Source: Candidatus Omnitrophota bacterium (lineage in GTDB: Bacteria > Omnitrophota > Gorgyraeia > Gygaellales > UBA12090). Taken from it: a stretch of DNA of 64,000 nt. The notes below the pieces were generated by a model. That model did no database searches and was not told the DNA's origin. It saw only the letters and a list, made by a program, of their open reading frames with translations. Where the stretch lies: the NCBI GenBank assembly GCA_030674475.1, contig JAUSCZ010000007.1:669-64668 (forward strand), read 5' to 3'. Made by a program: the position numbers and the translations under genes. Within the stretch, counting starts at the first letter, position 1. Each line of letters begins with the position of its first letter. Positions 19,223 through 26,009 of this stretch are shown piece by piece.

Positions 19223-19466
19223 ATTGGAGGAAAAGCAGGATGACCTCTTAGTCTGTCTGGCCGAGATCTACCGCCTGGCTGAGGATGAGAACTTAGAAAC
19301 CAGCCCGGAACTGCGGGAGTCCCTGGTGATTGTAGACACCGGCAAATTCGTCCTCTTGCCCAACAGTTAGAATGTGGTTTAGTCCGCCTACGCGCGCTTT
19401 GCACGCTACGGCGGGTCCGCCGTAGCGAACGAAGTGAGCGTAGGCGGAAAGGTGGGGTTGAATTAA
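19223..19466 (+). pseudogene. 3'-end remnant of a third GGIDF-family secreted paralog, interrupted by a palindrome
   Basis: EEKQDDLLVCLAEIYRLAEDENLETSPELRESLVIVDTGKFVLLPN is nearly identical in DNA to the ends of both paralogs; the final AAGGTGGGGTTGAATTAA (KVGLN*) resumes at 19449 after the insert. Confidence 0.9.
19383..19448. repeat. Nested palindromic element TCCGCCTACGC...GCGTAGGCGGA
   Basis: Outer 11-bp inverted repeat with inner CGCTACGGCGG/CCGCCGTAGCG. Confidence 0.75.
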
Positions 19467-19490
19467 AGTCGTTGGGTTAGTATTGTTTTT

Positions 19491-19528
19491 AAGCCTCACT
19501 GCATAATTATTTGCGGGTGAGGCTTTTT
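19491..19528 (+). terminator. Rho-independent terminator
   Basis: AAGCCTCAC...GTGAGGCTT followed by TTT. Confidence 0.65.
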
Positions 19529-19633
19529 GTTAATTGAAAATAATTGAAAGTAAATAGCCTTGAATTTCTTCGAGAATCTGATATATTATATTTGTAAAAG
19601 ACGGATTTTGTAAGATTAAAGGAGACGAATAAT

Positions 19634-19924
19634 ATGCAGAAGAAAACAATTATAAAGATATTGGAAAGGGTTAAGGATTTTTCCCGGCAAAAGTATAAGG
19701 TGGAGATTAAGGGTATATTCGGCTCTTATGTAAGACAGGAGGCTAAAAGAAACAGCGATATAGATATCCTGGTGGATTTTTATAAGGATGCCGATTTATT
19801 AGATCTGTCCGGGTTATCTTTATTCCTGGAGAAAGAATTGAAGCGCAGGGTAGATGTTGTTCCTCTGTCTTCCCTAAGGAAAGAGATACGCCCGAATGTC
19901 TTAAGAGAGGCAATCTATCTATGA
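19634..19924 (+). CDS. Minimal nucleotidyltransferase (MNT) antitoxin
   Basis: IFGSYVR...SDIDILVDF motif; 96 aa; ATGA overlap with HEPN gene. Confidence 0.9.
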   Translation: MQKKTIIKILERVKDFSRQKYKVEIKGIFGSYVRQEAKRNSDIDILVDFYKDADLLDLSGLSLFLEKELKRRVDVVPLSSLRKEIRPNVLREAIYL

Positions 19925-20268
19925 GGAATCATTCTTTGTATCTAAAAGATATAATAGAGGCACTGGATGCGATAGAAGAATTCGCGGAGGGCCTGGAATT
20001 TGAAGAATTCCGTAAAGATGACAAAACTTCCAGCGCGGTAATCAGGAAGTTTGAAATTATAGGAGAAGCATCCAAGAATATTTCAGCTAGCATAAGACGG
20101 AAATATCAGCAGGTGCCTTGGAAAGAGATGGCTGGTATGCGGGATAAACTGATTCACTTTTATTTTGGCGTAAATTATGAGCTTGTGTGGCAGACCATAA
20201 AACACAGGATTCCTCAAATAAGACCTCTTCTTAAAGAAATCCTCAAGGATACTCTTCGTTACACCTAA
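19921..20268 (+). CDS. HEPN/DUF86 (HepT-like) RNase toxin
   Basis: EIIGEA, PWKEMAGMRDKLIH.YFG (Rx4H). Confidence 0.9.
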   Translation: MRNHSLYLKDIIEALDAIEEFAEGLEFEEFRKDDKTSSAVIRKFEIIGEASKNISASIRRKYQQVPWKEMAGMRDKLIHFYFGVNYELVWQTIKHRIPQIRPLLKEILKDTLRYT

Positions 20269-20300
20269 CTTAATTATGCGGCAATAAGTTAAAATATTTT

Positions 20301-20513
20301 ACCAAGAGACAGCATACAAAACTCGTACACGAGGGTAAATATGTCGCGGAAGTTGAGGTGGAGATTCTTGATACCGGAGATGGCTGGTCGCCGTATCTTT
20401 CTCTTGAAGATGCCCAAAAGATAGATGAGGTAAGAGAAGCTTTGCGAGAAGGCGCCCTTCAGCGAGCAACGAAGATTGCCCGTGTATTCAATCTTACCCC
20501 GGTAGCAGTATAA
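20301..20513 (+). pseudogene. Start-less small conserved protein, likely an orphaned TA partner
   Basis: Open frame TKRQHTKLVHEGKYVAEVEVEILDTGDGWSPYLSLEDAQKIDEVREALR...LTPVAV*; no ATG/GTG/TTG between the upstream in-frame stop (20271) and this segment. Confidence 0.6.
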
Positions 20514-20530
20514 TTAAAAATATTATTCTT

Positions 20531-20571
20531 AGGGACGGTTCTGTTTTGGATTAGAGGATCGTCCCGTTTTT
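20531..20571. terminator. Hairpin AGGGACGGTTCT...GATCGTCCC + T-run (related copies at 21218-21258 and 28353-28388)
   Basis: Stem-loop followed by T-run, immediately before the AbrB promoter. Confidence 0.6.
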
Positions 20572-20582
20572 ATTTTCCTGGC

Positions 20583-20656
20583 TTGACAAGGAATGATGTA
20601 TAAGTTATACTTTGGATATAAGTAAGTAAGGAAGTAAGGAAATAAGAGAGTAAGGA
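20583..20656 (+). promoter_or_regulatory. Sigma70 promoter plus GTAAG(GA) direct repeats (putative AbrB operator)
   Basis: TTGACA(20583)-17 bp-TATACT(20606); TAAGTAAGTAAGGAAGTAAGGA...GTAAGGA downstream. Confidence 0.75.
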
Positions 20657-20668
20657 GGATAAAACATA

Positions 20669-20932
20669 ATGACTATAGTGGATACCGCAAAGATTACCTC
20701 AAAAGGCCAGATTACTATTCCTAACCGGATTAGGAAGATTTTGCATCTTAGCGAAGGTTCATCTTTGGCTTTCGGAGTAGGCCGGGAAGGAGTTTTATTG
20801 ATGCCGTGCAAGGTTACGGCTGACTCGGTATATACCGAGCAGGAATGGGTTAAGATTGAGAAACTGGCCGCTGTCAAGGGTAAGGTTTATAAGAGTTCAA
20901 AGGCCGCCAAAAAACATATCCAAGGGCTATGA
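20669..20932 (+). CDS. AbrB/MazE/SpoVT-family antitoxin
   Basis: AKITSKGQITIP..IRK.L.L.EG. Confidence 0.88.
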   Translation: MTIVDTAKITSKGQITIPNRIRKILHLSEGSSLAFGVGREGVLLMPCKVTADSVYTEQEWVKIEKLAAVKGKVYKSSKAAKKHIQGL

Positions 20933-21207
20933 GGTTTGAATTTAAGCCTTCCTTTGACCGGTCAATTAAGGCCTTTCCGGAAAGAGAAAAGCAGGAGTTA
21001 AAGGATGCCGCTTGCCGATTGATAGATGCCTTATCCGGACAAGAGTTAATCCCTAAAGGTATGGGTTTGAAGAAGCTTAGAGGAAATTTCTGGGAGATGC
21101 GCAAAGGTTTAAAGACCAGGATACTTTTTAGGCGCGAGAAAGATTGGCTTGAGTTTATCCTGGCCGGAGATCACAACGATATCAAACGTTTCCTGAGAAG
21201 GGCTTGA
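20929..21207 (+). CDS. RelE/ParE-superfamily toxin (putative)
   Basis: 92 aa basic protein, SFDRSIK...GLKKL...WEMR...RILF...GDHNDI; ATGA-coupled to AbrB. Confidence 0.75.
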   Translation: MRFEFKPSFDRSIKAFPEREKQELKDAACRLIDALSGQELIPKGMGLKKLRGNFWEMRKGLKTRILFRREKDWLEFILAGDHNDIKRFLRRA

Positions 21208-21283
21208 TTCAGATTTTAGGGACAGTTCTGTATTTAGTTTAGAGAGTCGCCCTATTTTAGTAGAGATGGATTTTAAGCTATTT

Positions 21284-21316
21284 ATGGCGGTCCGCACTAC
21301 CCGGGCCGCCATTTTT
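21284..21316. terminator. Array boundary hairpin, copy 2
   Basis: ATGGCGGTCCGCACTACCCGGGCCGCCAT followed by TTTT. Confidence 0.8.
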
Positions 21317-21507
21317 ATTTTTAACCCGCCCTATTCTTCGGCAATAGCCGTTTTGCGCTTATTTTTTCTCTTTTTTACCCCGCTTTTTCAGTTTCCCGAC
21401 GACAACCCCGCCCCAGGAAAGCGCTTTCTCAAAAACCCGGTTTGGCCCTTGAAACGGGTAAATCCTATGGTATACTTTAGGCAAAAGATGGCCAACCCAA
21501 AAGATAA
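21317..21507 (+). promoter_or_regulatory. Conserved cassette promoter block, copy B
   Basis: Near-identical to 25788-25978; GAAAGCGCTTTC at 21417-21428; TTGAAA(21449)-16 bp-TATACT(21471) with TG extension. Confidence 0.75.
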
Positions 21508-21532
21508 CCCGGATAAAATCCCGGTAGCGCGC

Positions 21533-21797
21533 TGTGACAGTAATCAAGCCCTCTCCTTATTGGGAGAGGGTGGGGTGAGGGAATACATAAACCAATTAGT
21601 TCCCCCTCATCCTAACCTTCTCCCGCAGGGGGAGAAGGAAGTAATTGGCAATAACTGTCACAATCAGACTGTGTCGCAATCTCTTAAAATGACCATTTTG
21701 TCATTCTGAGGGAGCAGGGCGACCGAAGAATCTCGTCGTTAATTTAAAAGACGAGATCCTTCGCTAGCGCTCAGGATGACATTATGACACAGTCTGA
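21533..21797. mobile_element. Two adjacent MITE-like composites in the 5' leader of paralog 1
   Basis: TGTGACAGT...ACTGTCACA (21533-21662) encloses CCCTCTCC/GGAGAGGG palindromes; TCAGACTGTGTC...GACACAGTCTGA (21664-21797) encloses GTCATTCTGAG...CTCAGGATGAC; absent from the paralog 2 leader. Confidence 0.65.
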
Positions 21798-21819
21798 ATG
21801 CAAGAGAAAGGACTTTGTG

Positions 21820-24153
21820 ATGTTTAAAAAACTGATTTCTATTCTTTTGTCTTTTACTTTTATCACCACTCAGCCTGTATTCGCCCAAGGAGTGGCCCAG
21901 CTGAATATGGCCCAATACCTGGGTTCAATGCCGGCTGTTGCGGCAGACCGGTTCCGTCCTTTGCATATGCGCTATTTCTCCTATGATATAGAGAAAGATA
22001 ACTTCCAGCTACTCTTAGATAAAGGAGACAATAAGGATATAAAGGAAGTTGAACTTCAGGAAAAGACCAAGGTTCTGATGGAGTATTTCCAAATTGGCTT
22101 AGCCCTGCCTAATGATAAGTTCTGGGTAAACCTAAGGCCGGATGCCCAAGACCAGATCATTGATCCGGAATTAGAGCAGACTGATTTAGGCAAGATAATG
22201 TTAGAGGCAGACTTGCAGTTAAAGAAGGATACCGCCAGCTTTACCTCACCCCAGACCACAGAAGGCAGACAATACTGGGATAAGCTCTATAAGAAGGCCG
22301 GAGAATTATTCGGCACCGAAAACATCACTATCCCCACCATCACCCGTCCCTGGATAGTCCCGGGCGAGATAATCCTAAGGCAAGGAGAGGATTCAGCCTA
22401 TATCTTTAAGGCCAATATGAAGGTGATGTTAGAGCATGATTATTTGGTCAGTAGGGGCGGGTCGCGAACCGCCCCTACGTATCAACAATACGCCTTTTCC
22501 GACCCCCGGATGAAGGAGTTAAACGAATATTCCACCCAACTTATCAGAGAGCTGATTATCCCCAAGCTGACCAAAGAGGTAAACACCTCCAAAAGATACG
22601 CCGCTCTTCGGCAGGTATTCTTTTCTCTGGTAATGGCCAGATGGTTTAAGGACACTTTCACTGGAAAGCCCGGCCAATATGCCAGCCTGATCGACAGCCA
22701 CAACCTCAACAATCTCACCTCCAAAGAGGCCTGGAGCAAAACCTTCTACTTCAACGAATACAAGAAGTCCTTTGAACAAGGCGAATACAACCTTAAGGAG
22801 AATATCGGCACCCCTTATGGGCAAATAATCAGGAGCTATGTCAGCGGGGGCATCGTAGGCAGTAGTAGCGCAATGACTCAGCATACATACCATAATGGTA
22901 AAAATAATGATGGAAACCCAAAACATCTCGTTGCTGCTATTATTAAACGTGATAAGCGGTTCGGGAATAAAACTGGAAATCTTTATGTTACAATGCACAC
23001 AAATAATGAAATAGTTAAAATGGAAGTAAATAATTCAGGAATGGGCGAAGTAGAGATTATTCCAAAATCAAAAGATTTTAATACGGATAATAAAAAAGGC
23101 TCTTCGCCGATGGAGGCAGGGCAGAAAGATATGGATTCTTTTTCTCTTGAACAGATAGAAGAAATGCGAAAGCTTGAACAAAGATTGTGGGTTATAGTTA
23201 AGGACATTGAAAAGATACTTGATGAAGTGGAATTAAGTAAGCTCCAGAACAAGGGTGAAATTGAGATTACGAATGATGGCTTTAAAGGTATTCATAGAAT
23301 GTTAGCCTATTTAAAGACTCTTACCCGGGAGGGTACAAGAATAGAAATAAATAATGGAGCAATAGATGGAATCGCGGATATGTTTTCTATAATAGGCTTA
23401 GTAGATATTCTGCCGGAAGGATATGAGGTGCGATCAGGACCAAGATTATTAACATTAAGGGGTAGTATTTCTGAGTTAAAACAGCTTCAGGAAGATTGGG
23501 AAAAGTGGGAGGTTAACCCGGAGAATGTGGTAAAAAGAATCGTAGCTCAGATTGGCTCTGCGTCTGAGGAAGATATAAAACTTATTGTAAAAACTTTTCG
23601 GGAAGAGATTAACCGCAACCCTACCGTAGAAGAGGCGGGAGAAATCCTCGGTGATGCTTTTGTGAGTCCTAAAGGTGATGGCGTAAAGGAAATGGCAGGG
23701 GAAAAGATAGCGGAGCTGAAGCAAAAAGCTTCCTCGTCGGCAATGAAATCAAGCAAAATTCCCGAAAATACCGGCGGTATTGATTTCCGTGCCATGAACT
23801 ATATGGTTCAGCCGATGGGGAGTTTTAAGGATTTGCGGTTTGGCCTGCCTACGCTGACCAGCAGCGCGTTAGAGAGGATTGACTTGGATCAGGAGTTAGA
23901 CTCCCTGCGCAATATGGTCAAGGCCGGGCTCGTGCCTTCGGGAGAGAGGGTCAAGGAATACTTAGCCGCCTGCTTTCAGAAAGGTAAGATTGAAGAAAGG
24001 CAGGATGACCTCTTAGTTTGTCTGGCCGAGATCTACCGCCTGGCCGAGGAGGAGAATTTAGAAACCAGCCCGGAACTGCGGGAGTCCCTGGTGATTGTAG
24101 ACACCGGCAAATTCGTCCTCTTGCCTAACAACCAAAAGGTGGGGCTGAATTAA
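21820..24153 (+). CDS. Secreted modular protein, paralog 1 (conserved N domain, variable core, GGIDF C domain; 777 aa)
   Basis: Start set at MFKKLISILLSFTFITTQPVFAQ (signal peptide, identical in paralog 2); function unknown. Confidence 0.8.
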   Translation: MFKKLISILLSFTFITTQPVFAQGVAQLNMAQYLGSMPAVAADRFRPLHMRYFSYDIEKDNFQLLLDKGDNKDIKEVELQEKTKVLMEYFQIGLALPNDKFWVNLRPDAQDQIIDPELEQTDLGKIMLEADLQLKKDTASFTSPQTTEGRQYWDKLYKKAGELFGTENITIPTITRPWIVPGEIILRQGEDSAYIFKANMKVMLEHDYLVSRGGSRTAPTYQQYAFSDPRMKELNEYSTQLIRELIIPKLTKEVNTSKRYAALRQVFFSLVMARWFKDTFTGKPGQYASLIDSHNLNNLTSKEAWSKTFYFNEYKKSFEQGEYNLKENIGTPYGQIIRSYVSGGIVGSSSAMTQHTYHNGKNNDGNPKHLVAAIIKRDKRFGNKTGNLYVTMHTNNEIVKMEVNNSGMGEVEIIPKSKDFNTDNKKGSSPMEAGQKDMDSFSLEQIEEMRKLEQRLWVIVKDIEKILDEVELSKLQNKGEIEITNDGFKGIHRMLAYLKTLTREGTRIEINNGAIDGIADMFSIIGLVDILPEGYEVRSGPRLLTLRGSISELKQLQEDWEKWEVNPENVVKRIVAQIGSASEEDIKLIVKTFREEINRNPTVEEAGEILGDAFVSPKGDGVKEMAGEKIAELKQKASSSAMKSSKIPENTGGIDFRAMNYMVQPMGSFKDLRFGLPTLTSSALERIDLDQELDSLRNMVKAGLVPSGERVKEYLAACFQKGKIEERQDDLLVCLAEIYRLAEEENLETSPELRESLVIVDTGKFVLLPNNQKVGLN
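22451..22478. repeat. GTAG REP inserted in-frame in paralog 1
   Basis: GTAGGGGCGGGTCGCGAACCGCCCCTAC, 1 mismatch to 4180-4207; encodes SRGGSRTAPT. Confidence 0.85.
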
Positions 24154-24169
24154 GCGGAGAGAGAAAAAG

Positions 24170-24382
24170 TCAGGCAGGCTGCAGATTAACTAACTCTATG
24201 CTGGGTTGCTTGTGTTTTAAGAGGTATTTTTTGGCGTCGAGTATTTCAATTCCCACTACTGAGCCATCGGGAGCGTAATTTACGGCAATATCTTCGGTGA
24301 GCCTCTGAGTAGTAACCTGAAAACGGCCTTCTTTCAACCGTATATAGGCCGCGTCAACTTTTGGATCATAGATTATTTTCAT
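24170..24382 (-). CDS. DUF2283-domain protein (putative antitoxin)
   Basis: MKIIYDPKVDAAYIRL...VVGIEILDA. Confidence 0.85.
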   Translation of the reverse strand: MKIIYDPKVDAAYIRLKEGRFQVTTQRLTEDIAVNYAPDGSVVGIEILDAKKYLLKHKQPSIELVNLQPA

Positions 24383-24450
24383 AGCTCTTTGGACGCGCCG
24401 CGTTCAAGCATTTGGAATAAGGCGTGGTCTGAGAAGATGATGGTTTTCAT
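24379..24450 (-). pseudogene. Truncated DUF4258-like toxin (23 aa left)
   Basis: SD GGAGA then MKTIIFSDHALFQMLERGASKEL*; stop overlaps the DUF2283 ATG. Confidence 0.6.
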
Positions 24451-24508
24451 TGGTTTCTCCTGATAGTTTAATTATAGCAACAATTTAGGTTAAGGCAACC
24501 CAAAAATA

Positions 24509-24686
24509 AATATTATCACTCGTGTCCAAATTAGACCATGAATACCGACGACAAAGCAGTTTTAAGATTCCAAAACTGTCATGCCCGCGAAGGCGGGCAT
24601 CCAGACTCTTGAGTCAATTGCGGATTCCCGACAAAAGATTTTGGGAATGATACTGTAACAGCTAATTTGGACAGCAATGAAATATT
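24509..24686. mobile_element. MITE-like element enclosing a GTCATGCCCGCGAAGGCGGGCATCCA-type palindrome
   Basis: Inverted ends TGTCCAAATTAG (24523-24534) and CTAATTTGGACA (24662-24673), extending to AATATT. Confidence 0.6.
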
Positions 24687-24708
24687 ATAATGAATTTTTT
24701 AGTTGTTG

Positions 24709-24741
24709 ATGACGGTCTGGATTACTCGGGCCGCCATTTTT
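24709..24741. terminator. Array boundary hairpin, copy 3
   Basis: ATGACGGTCTGGATTACTCGGGCCGCCAT followed by TTTT; upstream TTTTAGTTGTTG matches the copy 1 flank. Confidence 0.75.
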
Positions 24742-25016
24742 ATTTTTGAAGCTTTCCCGATTTTGTAGCAAGCCTTTTCTGTAACGCAGTATTCATCATC
24801 GGTTTAAGATAAAATTTTGCGCGCTGGGCTAAACTTTACAGGAAAGCTTCTGATTATGGCGATTAAATACAGATTCCAGAGATTTATTACCGACGTAAAA
24901 TCGCTGTAATCTTTTAAAAATCTCTGTAATCAAGTTCTTTCCCTTTTGCTGCAAACTTGGGAAAGAACTTGATTAAAAGATTGATTAGCGTTACGGGTAT
25001 GCTATAATTATATTAT

Positions 25017-25484
25017 ATGCATAAACCCAAGTTATATTTGGATACAACTATACCCAGCTATGTGTTTAATAGCCATGTTCCCGATAAACAAACAGCTGCC
25101 CGGAAACTCTTTGAATACATTGATAAAGAGAAGGCGGAAGCCTATATCTCTACGGTTGTAGTCCGCGAGCTTAGTAAAACTGGAGAGGACTATCTGAAAG
25201 ATAGGTTGTTTGCTCTAATAAAAGATATGACGGTTCTAGAGGTTACTCAGGAGTGCGTAGAGCTTGCCGGTGAGTATATTCAAAGAGGAATCATACCTAA
25301 AGAAAATATAGATGATGCCTTGCATATTGCCTGCGCGAGCGTTTACGAGATTGATTTTCTAGTCAGCTATAATTTTGAACATATTGTTCGGATAAAAACT
25401 ATTGATAATGTGTCGGCAATAAACGTATTATTGGGATTTAAAACACCGCGTATCATCATTCCCGAGGAGGTAATTGATGTTTAA
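25017..25484 (+). CDS. PIN-domain (VapC-like) toxin
   Basis: LYLDTTI, VVVREL, DDALHIA, LVSYNFEH. Confidence 0.88.
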   Translation: MHKPKLYLDTTIPSYVFNSHVPDKQTAARKLFEYIDKEKAEAYISTVVVRELSKTGEDYLKDRLFALIKDMTVLEVTQECVELAGEYIQRGIIPKENIDDALHIACASVYEIDFLVSYNFEHIVRIKTIDNVSAINVLLGFKTPRIIIPEEVIDV

Positions 25485-25674
25485 GATGTCTGAACTTAAC
25501 CCGAAAGACAAGACCCTTGATGAAATTCACAATATCCAGAAAGAAATCTATGATGAAGACAAGGGGATAACTGTTAAAGATTTGTTAGAAAGATATAACT
25601 CAAGCGTCAGGAAAGTTGCTCAAGAATATAAGATTAATCTCAAAGTGGTTTCTTCCAAAGAAATCCATATCTAA
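25477..25674 (+). CDS. Small protein, putative antitoxin downstream of PIN
   Basis: SD GAGGAGG; overlaps the PIN stop; DKTLDEIHNIQKEIY pattern. Confidence 0.6.
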   Translation: MFKMSELNPKDKTLDEIHNIQKEIYDEDKGITVKDLLERYNSSVRKVAQEYKINLKVVSSKEIHI

Positions 25675-25754
25675 AACTTCGATCTGCTTTAGCAGTGTAG
25701 TCTTATCCCGGTAGCAGTATAAATTCAATCATTAGCATACAGAAAAAGTATGGG

Positions 25755-25787
25755 ATGGCGGTCCGCACTACCCGGGCCGCCATTTTT
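25755..25787. terminator. Array boundary hairpin, copy 4
   Basis: Identical to copy 2. Confidence 0.8.
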
Positions 25788-25978
25788 ATTTTTAACCCGC
25801 CCTATTCTTCGGCAATCGCCGTTTTTCGCTTATTTTTTCCTTTTTTTACCCCGCCTTTTCTGTCTTCCGACGACAATCCCTTCCCAGGAAAGCGCTTTCT
25901 CAAAAACCCGCCTTGGCCATTGAAACGGGTAAATTCTGTGGTATACTTTAGGCAAAAGATGGCCAACCCAAAAGATAA
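25788..25978 (+). promoter_or_regulatory. Conserved cassette promoter block, copy D
   Basis: GAAAGCGCTTTC at 25888-25899; TTGAAA(25920)-16 bp-TATACT(25942). Confidence 0.75.
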
Positions 25979-26009
25979 ACCAAATAAAGTTCAAGTAGGG
26001 GGATATAAA

